Positions 23,993-31,697 of a stretch of DNA of 32,000 nucleotides are shown piece by piece; position 1 is the stretch's first letter, and each line of letters opens with the position of its first letter. Below the pieces are notes generated by a model. The model did no database searches. It saw only the letters and a list, made by a program, of their open reading frames with translations, and was not told the DNA's origin. The position numbers and the translations under genes were made by a program. The stretch is from NCBI GenBank assembly GCA_025839675.1, contig CP104013.1, positions 5,070,001 to 5,102,000 on the forward strand. The letters run 5' to 3'. The DNA comes from Candidatus Lokiarchaeum ossiferum (GTDB lineage Archaea > Asgardarchaeota > Lokiarchaeia > Sigyniarchaeales > Promethearchaeaceae).

Positions 23993-25045
23993 ATGTCTAA
24001 TACAATCAAAATCGCAATGTGTGGATGTGGGCATATTGCTCCCCGATGGTTGGAAGTTTTTTCAAAAAACTCTGATATAGAATTAATTGCTATCGCTGAT
24101 CCAAATCCTGATGAATTTAAGAAGTTAAATGATTTTGATCTTCAGAATGTTAAAAAATATTCCAATTTAGATGCTGTTTTTGCAAATCATAAAATCGATG
24201 CGGTTTTCATATTAACTCCACCACAATATCACTCTCGCTATATTATTGAAGCTATCGAACACGGAATTCATGTTTTAACTGAAAAACCTTTATGTGTCGA
24301 TCTCAATCAATTTTTACATATTAAGAAGGCTGCTGAACTGGCGAGAGAAAAGAAAATTATCACGGCTGTTAACCAACAATATCGTTGGAACCCAAGAATT
24401 TTATCTATTCATGATTCAATAACTCAGAATCGGATTGGTGATATTTTTTTGGTCAACTCAATTTTTAATCAAAATAATTATCATTTTAAACGTTGGTGGC
24501 GTAAACAACATTCTTACATTAGTATTTTTAATTGGTATATTCATATTATTGATTCAATGAGATATTATTTATCTCAAAAGCCAATATCAGTTTCAGCGCG
24601 GTTTATTCGACCACCACATTCAAAAATACTTGGATATTCATCATTACTTATGGATGTAAATTTTGAAAGTGGGACTGTTTGGCATCTTACTGCAAATCAA
24701 GAGTCGATAGCTGGCCCCACTACTTCCGGTCATTCTCGATTTACCATGTATGGGTCTGAAGGTACTTTAGTTAATACGAAGAACGATCCTCCATACATTT
24801 ATACGAAAGATGGGGAAAAAATGGAGTTGGGGGAAAATATTGCTGATATTGACAATGAATCCACCTACCCTCCTGGATGGGCAGATACGGTTGAAAAATT
24901 TGTTCATTCTATTCGAACTGGGCAAGAACATCCAACTTCTATTTTTGATAATCTTTGGACAATGAGTATATTATTGGCTGCCATTAAATCCCATGAAAAC
25001 AATAGAGAAGTCAAAATATCTGAAATTTTCGGAGAAAAAAAATAA
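23993..25045 (+). CDS. Gfo/Idh/MocA-family oxidoreductase
   Basis: Motif IKIAMCGCGHIAPRW (Rossmann), LTEKPL (EKP motif) and NQQYRWNP. Confidence 0.8.
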   Translation: MSNTIKIAMCGCGHIAPRWLEVFSKNSDIELIAIADPNPDEFKKLNDFDLQNVKKYSNLDAVFANHKIDAVFILTPPQYHSRYIIEAIEHGIHVLTEKPLCVDLNQFLHIKKAAELAREKKIITAVNQQYRWNPRILSIHDSITQNRIGDIFLVNSIFNQNNYHFKRWWRKQHSYISIFNWYIHIIDSMRYYLSQKPISVSARFIRPPHSKILGYSSLLMDVNFESGTVWHLTANQESIAGPTTSGHSRFTMYGSEGTLVNTKNDPPYIYTKDGEKMELGENIADIDNESTYPPGWADTVEKFVHSIRTGQEHPTSIFDNLWTMSILLAAIKSHENNREVKISEIFGEKK

Positions 25046-25115
25046 TTATATTGAAAAACCCGCCCCCAACACTTAGCAAAAAAAAAAACAGAAATAATGG
25101 TGATTTAAAATAACT

Positions 25116-26123
25116 TTGGAAACTGGTTTAAAAATTAGTGTGTTGATCCCTAGTTGGAACGGAGGAAAAGGCATTATGAATACTATTGCCAAGTTTAAGA
25201 AGCAGGATTATCAAAATTTTAATCTTATACTAATACTTGGGGGAGAAGATACATATATCAAAAAAGCAAAAAAAATACAGTGGGATAAACTTACTATTAT
25301 CCCCCAAAAAGTCCCGAACAAATTGAGATCTTATAATGATGCATTACAAGACTCATCTAAAATCGGGGATGTTATTGTTTTTTCAGATATCGATTCTGAG
25401 ATACCAATCGATTTTTTGTCAAAATTTGCACTTAACTATTCAAATCCAAAGAAAAATATTGTAACTGGGAGATGTCTGCCTTTGCAGAAAACTCAAAATC
25501 TCGTTGAAGTGGGTTACACCAAGATGTGGAATAAAGAACATTCTCAAAAAGGTGAAATCGTTAATTTTATTTATGGGGCTTGTTATTCAATGAGAAAAGA
25601 TTTCTTTTATGGGAAATTCCATAAATTTGATGAAACTGTCCAAATCGGAACTGATCCTGCAATAGTAGAACAAATCAATGCGCTGAATGAGCCAATTTAC
25701 TTTGATAAATCCATCTTGATTTACACGGATATCTTTAGCGAGAATCCTAAAAAGTTTTTGTTACAAAAATCTCGGTGGTATAGAATTTTGTACCTAAAAT
25801 CTTTACAACGTAATGATAAATCAAAATTTTTGATGGGTTTAAATTTTATATTTAGCTGGAGCATGATTTTGATCATCCCACTGTTATTAATTATTAATTG
25901 TCTTTTTGTCCAAAATATCTATTTTTTTATATCTCTTATATCATTTTGGACAATAATTATGGTAAAATCTTGGGTGTCAAGTTTTCTAAGGATGTATTGC
26001 GAGAAATCTGACCTGAAATTTCTATTCAAGTCATTTATCTTCATGTTAATTAAAAATTTAATTGTAATTATTGCATCAATAGAGTTAATTTCAAAAAAGC
26101 ACAGATATCAATGGAGAATTTGA
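25116..26123 (+). CDS. Membrane-anchored family 2 glycosyltransferase
   Basis: Motifs ISVLIPSWNGG, QDYQNFNLILILGGED and FSDIDSE (DxD), plus C-terminal hydrophobic helices (FIFSWSMILIIPLLLIINCLF, ISLISFWTIIMV). TTG start with an in-frame TGA five codons upstream. Confidence 0.75.
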   Translation: METGLKISVLIPSWNGGKGIMNTIAKFKKQDYQNFNLILILGGEDTYIKKAKKIQWDKLTIIPQKVPNKLRSYNDALQDSSKIGDVIVFSDIDSEIPIDFLSKFALNYSNPKKNIVTGRCLPLQKTQNLVEVGYTKMWNKEHSQKGEIVNFIYGACYSMRKDFFYGKFHKFDETVQIGTDPAIVEQINALNEPIYFDKSILIYTDIFSENPKKFLLQKSRWYRILYLKSLQRNDKSKFLMGLNFIFSWSMILIIPLLLIINCLFVQNIYFFISLISFWTIIMVKSWVSSFLRMYCEKSDLKFLFKSFIFMLIKNLIVIIASIELISKKHRYQWRI

Positions 26124-26162
26124 AAACTAAAATTTGAATTCTAAATTTATGTTTTTTCCTGA

Positions 26163-26190
26163 GATGTCAAATTGATTACGACATTTTTTT
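26163..26190 (+). terminator. Short hairpin followed by T7, downstream of the membrane GT2 gene
   Basis: ATGTC (26164-26168) pairs with GACAT (26180-26184), and the T run extends to 26190. The stem is short, so support is weak. Confidence 0.3.
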
Positions 26191-26387
26191 GCATTTCATT
26201 CTCTTTTTCTTTGCTCTCTTTGGATTAAATCGCACGCCTTAATCCCGAATTAGACTCTTTTTGTGTGAATTTTCCAATATTTTGGATCCAAATTCTGGTT
26301 CGGAGTATATTGTTGCACAGAATTGCTCTTGGTGAATTTTAACAAAAATAATGAAGTTTTCGAATTTATTTCCTTCTAAAACACAAA

Positions 26388-27227
26388 TTAAATAAATTTG
26401 AAACAAATTTTACTTCCATCTTCAATTTTGAAAAAATCACGGAGATATTGTTCCGAGATAAATTCTAGAATATGGGATTTATGGGAAGTTCTTTGGATCT
26501 TTAAAAGTGCCCCGCTTACTTGATTGTGAACATTATTTCTCGGCCACATCTGGACTTTCACACATTTAACTTCACCGTATGTTCTCGATTCACCCACGAA
26601 TCCGTCGATGATTATAGTGGGATAATTATTAATATAATTTTGAAGTAAATTATCCATTGTGGGGCTAAGCTTTAGATTCAATGTTCCAAAATATGGAAAA
26701 AAACCAATTTTTTTATAAAATTGTTCTAAGTATTGAGGGTGTTTAATATAGTGGGCACCTTCCCCCATTCCAGATAACAATGTTCCACAATATGTGGTTT
26801 CATTTGAAGCTTTGAGACTGATTATTTTTAATTGCTCATAGATATTATTCAGTTGAGCATATCCTTCAGTTGTGAGTTCTAATTCACCACCACGACCTTC
26901 AAAATTGCGAATTATTAATTTTTTTTCTTCTAATTCTAAAATTCTTCTAGAAATTGTTTGTTGACTAATTGGAAGAATTTTGCATAAATCTGGAGTTGAA
27001 ATCGTCCCATTATTCTGCATTTTGTGGTAGGAAATCCATAAAAGAAAAAACCATTCTTTCTCTCCTACGAAACGTTCGTCTGGTACATAATTACTTGAAT
27101 TTTCATTTCTATCCGACATCAATACTATCAATATATTTTCATTCCACATAAAATAACTCATTTTTGAGTAAGAATCTATCACATTTTTTTTGTCAATATT
27201 CATCATTAATTTGAAAAGAAATGGCAT
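26388..27227 (-). CDS. ribK: Archaeal CTP-dependent riboflavin kinase fused to an N-terminal winged-HTH (RbkR-type bifunctional kinase/regulator)
   Basis: wHTH segment ISTPDLCKILPISQQTISRRILELEEKKLI. Kinase segment GTLLSGMGEGAHYI...YLEQFYKKIGFFPYFGTLNLKL and a C-terminal RTSHKSHILEFISEQYLRDFFKIEDGSKI, matching the MJ0056-type family. The true start may be internal, for example Met37 at 27119. Confidence 0.85.
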   Translation of the reverse strand: MPFLFKLMMNIDKKNVIDSYSKMSYFMWNENILIVLMSDRNENSSNYVPDERFVGEKEWFFLLWISYHKMQNNGTISTPDLCKILPISQQTISRRILELEEKKLIIRNFEGRGGELELTTEGYAQLNNIYEQLKIISLKASNETTYCGTLLSGMGEGAHYIKHPQYLEQFYKKIGFFPYFGTLNLKLSPTMDNLLQNYINNYPTIIIDGFVGESRTYGEVKCVKVQMWPRNNVHNQVSGALLKIQRTSHKSHILEFISEQYLRDFFKIEDGSKICFKFI

Positions 27228-27255
27228 TTTTGTTTAATCAAAGCTAAATATTGGA

Positions 27256-28326
27256 ATGATCATGGCTCGATTAAACTACTTTCGCTTTGCTAAGAATTTT
27301 GCTCTCAACAATTTCAGTTTTAATCAAGTCTATAAACCTTTAAATGCACAAATCGAATTAACCTTGCGATGTAATGCCCGATGTGTCTTTTGTTCAATTT
27401 GGCAAAGAGATTTTCAAAAAGAAATCCAACAAGAAATGTCGACATCTGAAGTAAAACACATTATTGATGAATTAGAAAAACTCGGGGTTCAAGTTGTAAA
27501 TTTTACCGGTGGAGAGCCAACTTTACGAAACGATCTCCCTGAATTAATTTCATATGTTAAATCAAAAGGGATGATGCCCACCATTGCCACAAATGGTTTT
27601 ACATTATATGAGTTGGTGAAATCTGGAAAAATTAACGATATTGAGTGGGTAATGGTATCACTCGATTGGCCAGATGCCGAAAATCATGATAAATACCGCG
27701 GAATCAAAATTTTTGATAAAACAGTTAAAGGAATTCGGGCTTTGGTCTTAGAAGGAAAAGCGGCCCAGATTTCTACAGTGATTACCAAAGAAAATTTGAA
27801 CAAAATGGAAGAGATGTGTAAATTCGCTCATGACTTAGGGGCTATGATTGAGATGCTTCCCTGTGAAAATATCATCCGAGAACAAGATACTGCTCATATT
27901 GTGGATGAAATCGAAGGTTTTATACCAAACATCCCCACTTATGCAAATGAAATTCGTCGCTTGAATAAAATATATCCCAATTTAATTACCGATTCAGTCA
28001 CCGCAAATATCATTGAAGCAGGAGGTTTTGGAAATCAAAAACTATTACACTGTGTCACTGCTCGATCATTCTTAGTTATAAATTATCGTGGTGAGTGGAT
28101 TGTTCCCTGCAAAATTCATCCCATTTTAAAAGTTGATGTGAAAAAACATTCTCTTTATGAGGCCTATTATTCATATGAAGCCAAAAAAATCATGGATCTC
28201 AAAGATGCTTTTCCTTTTTGTAAAGGGTGTCGTTTGGGGTGTGCCATAGCAACCTCAATCCCAACACGCTGGCCAACTTTGTATGAAAAATATATTAAAG
28301 CATTTTTCAATGGCAATCTTTTTTAA
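27256..28326 (+). CDS. Radical SAM protein with C-terminal Cys-rich (SPASM/twitch-like) region
   Basis: Motif LTLRCNARCVFCSIW (CxxxCxxC) and FTGGEPTLRNDL (GGE motif). The C-terminal cysteines are HC-x19-C ... FC-x2-C-x3-C. Confidence 0.8.
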   Translation: MIMARLNYFRFAKNFALNNFSFNQVYKPLNAQIELTLRCNARCVFCSIWQRDFQKEIQQEMSTSEVKHIIDELEKLGVQVVNFTGGEPTLRNDLPELISYVKSKGMMPTIATNGFTLYELVKSGKINDIEWVMVSLDWPDAENHDKYRGIKIFDKTVKGIRALVLEGKAAQISTVITKENLNKMEEMCKFAHDLGAMIEMLPCENIIREQDTAHIVDEIEGFIPNIPTYANEIRRLNKIYPNLITDSVTANIIEAGGFGNQKLLHCVTARSFLVINYRGEWIVPCKIHPILKVDVKKHSLYEAYYSYEAKKIMDLKDAFPFCKGCRLGCAIATSIPTRWPTLYEKYIKAFFNGNLF

Positions 28327-28354
28327 AAATAGTGTAATCTAAAAAAAGCATAAA

Positions 28355-28981
28355 TTATTCGTCTAAGCGTTTCTTCCAATCTTTTTTGGGTGGTTCCTCG
28401 AAATATGAACTTGATGAAGTATACTCTTGTTGGGGTGGATGATTTTGAGGATTTTCTGAAGCATACATAATTTTTGTATCTAGAGCATTAATATGGTCCA
28501 CAATCACTTCTTGCTTTGCATGTTTTTCAGGATTGAGTTTTCTGGCAATCATTTTTCCTCCTACTAAAACTACAGAGAAGCATAAAGAGACGAAAATGTA
28601 CAAGGAAAAGAGTTTCCTTCCCATAACAAAGTTGAAAGGTAAATACTCATCATAATCTCCGAAAAATAAGTTTAACAAACCCCATAATCCGAACCAGATC
28701 ACTGATCTAATAAGCATCGGGATCAATTGTGTTTTATACATTCCTTTCATTAATTCCATCATTTCTTGATTCATTCGCATCATAGCTTCTTGATCTCCGC
28801 GAGCTTCCTTCATGCGAGCTTGTAGTTCTTGAGTTCGTCTCTGTGTTTCCATCTGTTGTTCTCGTGATACTGAAAATCGCTTTGAGAACCATTGGGAGAA
28901 AAGTGACATGGCTATACATATTCCAGCGATCGTCCAAATAACATTAGGTGGGGCTATTGTGGGGTCAGTTTGTAAAAACAT
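28355..28981 (-). CDS. DUF106 / EMC3-TMCO1-like Oxa1-superfamily membrane insertase homologue (archaeal type)
   Basis: TM1 (VIWTIAGICIAMSLFSQWF), then a charged coiled-coil (REQQMETQRRTQELQARMKEARGDQEAMMRMNQEMMELMKGMYK), then two more TM segments. This is the DUF106 architecture. Confidence 0.7.
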   Translation of the reverse strand: MFLQTDPTIAPPNVIWTIAGICIAMSLFSQWFSKRFSVSREQQMETQRRTQELQARMKEARGDQEAMMRMNQEMMELMKGMYKTQLIPMLIRSVIWFGLWGLLNLFFGDYDEYLPFNFVMGRKLFSLYIFVSLCFSVVLVGGKMIARKLNPEKHAKQEVIVDHINALDTKIMYASENPQNHPPQQEYTSSSSYFEEPPKKDWKKRLDE

Positions 28982-29073
28982 ATGTTCTCACATAGTGTAA
29001 TGAGAAAAAAGATATGAATTTTTAGAATTTCGTGACAACAAATTAATGGTTTTTAGGTTTATTCAAAGATAAT

Positions 29074-29583
29074 ATGGAAGAGAGTTTTGATGACCCTCCA
29101 CCGAAGGATAAATTTCCCGAAATCATAAAACAAGCAATTCTTTACTTTTCTTTTGCGATTGCAATGATTATTCTAAATATATTAGTTCAGAATTTATTTG
29201 AGCAAATCATATTCCCCTTTGTGGACCTTAAACTAGGTGATAGAGATTTCTTTAAAAACATCATCCTCTCAACAAACCCCTATAATATTCCAGAATTAAT
29301 TGGGTCAATTTTCGCTGTTGGAATAACCTATGTGATCAAGTTTGTTTTAGACAAATTATTTGTGTTTAAAAAAACAGACACGACCCTAAAACAGACTAGC
29401 AAAGAATTTTCCGTCTATTTACTGCTTGCAGTATTAACAACTCTCGAAAACCTCGGAATCCAATTTATTTTAGGAATTGTTACTATTTGGGCTCTGAATC
29501 TGCGAATTGGCATTGCGCTTACGTGTGGCTATATCACAAAATTCTTTCTTGATAAGAGATTTGTGTTTAATGACCAATCATAG
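29074..29583 (+). CDS. GtrA-family small membrane protein
   Basis: Four hydrophobic segments plus the duplicated GtrA signature KFVLDKLFVFKK and KFFLDKRFVFND. Confidence 0.7.
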   Translation: MEESFDDPPPKDKFPEIIKQAILYFSFAIAMIILNILVQNLFEQIIFPFVDLKLGDRDFFKNIILSTNPYNIPELIGSIFAVGITYVIKFVLDKLFVFKKTDTTLKQTSKEFSVYLLLAVLTTLENLGIQFILGIVTIWALNLRIGIALTCGYITKFFLDKRFVFNDQS

Positions 29584-30079
29584 GTAGTTATCAGAAATAA
29601 AGGATTTATTTGCTTTTTGATTTAAATTTTTAGTGATCCAACTTGAATAATTTCTGTTTTTCCAATTATTTCTCGCTTCTTTCTTCTGAAGGTTAATTGA
29701 AATAAAAAATCGATTAAAAACATTAATCAGAGATATTAGGGAGAAGAAAATGTAATGAAATAACTCCTAAGGTTATAATTCATCTCAAGATACACAAAGA
29801 AAAATTGTCGGAATTTATGGCAAATTAATTAAGTAAAAGTAGTGCTCTAAAAATAGGCTCACTTGGCTTAATTGTCCCTAATAAATGAAAGTAATATAAA
29901 AGAACCTTCATTTCTTAATATATTAAAAATAAGAATATGTGGAATTGTGGAGAGTCATCGATCCAATAACATCATTTTTTTTTGGTTAAATAAGGAAAAT
30001 ATGTCTAAAACTGAGAAAAAATTATAACCTTATAGACTGAATGAAATGAAAAAAAAGAATTTTTTGAAATAACAATGAA

Positions 30080-30964
30080 TTATTTGATTGCCTCAACATA
30101 TATCGATATTTTTGGATGAGTTTTGTCAAATAATCTCGTTTCTCTTAAAATAGGTGAAAAACTTTGACCCCAAGCAGATAGATAAATTTTTGAAAAACCG
30201 GCTTTTTTTAACATTCTGAAAGATTTTTCTTTATTCCACCAATTAATATGAAAACCTGGATATTTTCCTTGGATTTCTTTAGAGCACATTGATGTAATAT
30301 AATTTAAAGCTTCTTCATAGGATTTTTCCTCAAAAATTTTATTAAATTCTTCATCGGAAATTCTTCTTGGTGATTCAATATCTGCTATTTCAGATAATTG
30401 TGAAGCGAATTCAAACAGGAAAATTTGTTCGATTGACGCTTCACTCATCGGTTTGTTCAATCTTACTCTTTCCATTGTTTCCTTTGTACTATAATCACTG
30501 ATACAATAATAATAATCTCTATCATTATTTTTAACTGCACGATATCCAAGATCTGTATTTGGAGTTGTAAATCTAAATATTCCTCCTTCTTTCAATATTC
30601 GATATGATTCATTAAATAAGTTTTGGGCAGCTTCATCTGAAATATGTTCAACAACGTGACTTGAATAGATTACTTCAGCTGAATCATCCTGGATTGGTAA
30701 TTTTTCTAGAGAAAAAAGGTCATATTCTAAGAATGAATTAGTTTGTTGAGCTTTTGAATACCAATCGCTATGTTTATCGATATTCGTCCAATATGGATGT
30801 GAAAACTCTCCTGCTCCTACATTATAAAATCTTTTTTCTTTTAGTGCTTCTTCTTTATATAACCTTTTATAGATTGGCAGATATGAATTATCAACCTTAT
30901 TTATTCTTTCAATTTTTAATCCAAGTTTGTTAAAGGTTTTCCAAATTAATTTCTTTATACTCAT
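30080..30964 (-). CDS. Class I SAM-dependent methyltransferase (Methyltransf_11-like)
   Basis: Motif FYNVGAGEFSHPYWTNID (motif I variant) and VIYSSHVVEHISDEAAQNLFNESYRILKEGGIFRFTTPN (motifs II-III). Confidence 0.7.
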   Translation of the reverse strand: MSIKKLIWKTFNKLGLKIERINKVDNSYLPIYKRLYKEEALKEKRFYNVGAGEFSHPYWTNIDKHSDWYSKAQQTNSFLEYDLFSLEKLPIQDDSAEVIYSSHVVEHISDEAAQNLFNESYRILKEGGIFRFTTPNTDLGYRAVKNNDRDYYYCISDYSTKETMERVRLNKPMSEASIEQIFLFEFASQLSEIADIESPRRISDEEFNKIFEEKSYEEALNYITSMCSKEIQGKYPGFHINWWNKEKSFRMLKKAGFSKIYLSAWGQSFSPILRETRLFDKTHPKISIYVEAIK

Positions 30965-31001
30965 AATTATTTCACAGTTGTAATTAAAATTATTAAAAAA
31001 A

Positions 31002-31682
31002 TTAGGATTTTACAACTCGTCCATGTTCCATTTCAACAAGACGGGTACCGTATTTAACTAATCCTTTATCATGGGTCACAATACACATGGTTGTGCCCAT
31101 TTCTTTGTTCAACGATTTTAATAATTCCATAATTTGTTGAGCTGCTGCAGCATCTAAATTTCCCGTAGGTTCATCAGCAAATAACACACGCGGTTTATGA
31201 ATTATTGCTCTTGCGATTGCGGTTCGTTGTTTTTCTCCACCGGATAATTCTTTAGGGAGATTATCTTTCCGATCAAGAAGATCCACTTTGCGGAGTGCGT
31301 TAATTGCTCGATCTTCAATTTCTTTCGATCGTAAAACTCCGGGCCATAGCACTGCTTCAATATTTTCAATCGCTGTTAAATTTTCAATAAGATTAAAATC
31401 TTGGAAAACAAATCCAATTTTACGTCGCCGAATATTGCTTAGGCGTTCTTCAGAAGCCCTATCAATTTTTTCTCCATCTAGGACTATTGATCCATCATCA
31501 GGAAGATCTAAACCGCTCATTACATTGAGCATGGTGGTTTTTCCACATCCGGTAGGACCCATAATGATTACAAATTCTCCGGCATTGATTTCAATATTTA
31601 CATCGGCTAATGCGCGAATAATATTTCCGCGAAGGCGGAATTCTTTCTGAACATTTTCTAATTTTATCATTACTTCTGGCAT
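31002..31682 (-). CDS. ABC transporter ATP-binding protein (MacB/LolD-like)
   Basis: Walker A GPTGCGKTT, Q-loop FVFQDFNL, signature LSGGEKQR, Walker B VLFADEPTGNLD and H-loop VTHD. A strong AAGGAGGAA lies 6 nt upstream of the ATG. Confidence 0.9.
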   Translation of the reverse strand: MPEVMIKLENVQKEFRLRGNIIRALADVNIEINAGEFVIIMGPTGCGKTTMLNVMSGLDLPDDGSIVLDGEKIDRASEERLSNIRRRKIGFVFQDFNLIENLTAIENIEAVLWPGVLRSKEIEDRAINALRKVDLLDRKDNLPKELSGGEKQRTAIARAIIHKPRVLFADEPTGNLDAAAAQQIMELLKSLNKEMGTTMCIVTHDKGLVKYGTRLVEMEHGRVVKS

Positions 31683-31688
31683 TTGTGA

Positions 31689-31697
31689 TTCCTCCTT
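31689..31697 (-). promoter_or_regulatory. Shine-Dalgarno AAGGAGGAA, 6 nt upstream of the ABC ATPase ATG and spanning the permease stop codon
   Basis: The minus strand reads aatAAGGAGGAAtcacaaATG. Confidence 0.65.

Noticed and set aside
28734-28937. 67-aa minus-strand ORF inside the DUF106 gene
   Set aside because: It lies out of frame within a gene whose TM, coiled-coil, TM architecture is coherent. It is Arg/Ser/Thr-rich with no motif.
29631-29690. Possible C/D-box sRNA (GTGATCC ... CTGA about 55 nt apart) in the ORF-free stretch
   Set aside because: The putative C box deviates from RUGAUGA at the positions needed for the k-turn. No C'/D' pair or terminal stem is evident. This spacing of short motifs is expected by chance.
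31288-31650. 120-aa plus-strand ORF antisense to the ABC ATPase
   Set aside because: The minus-strand frame carries Walker A, signature, Walker B and H-loop motifs. The plus-strand frame is Arg/Ser-rich noise typical of an antisense reading.
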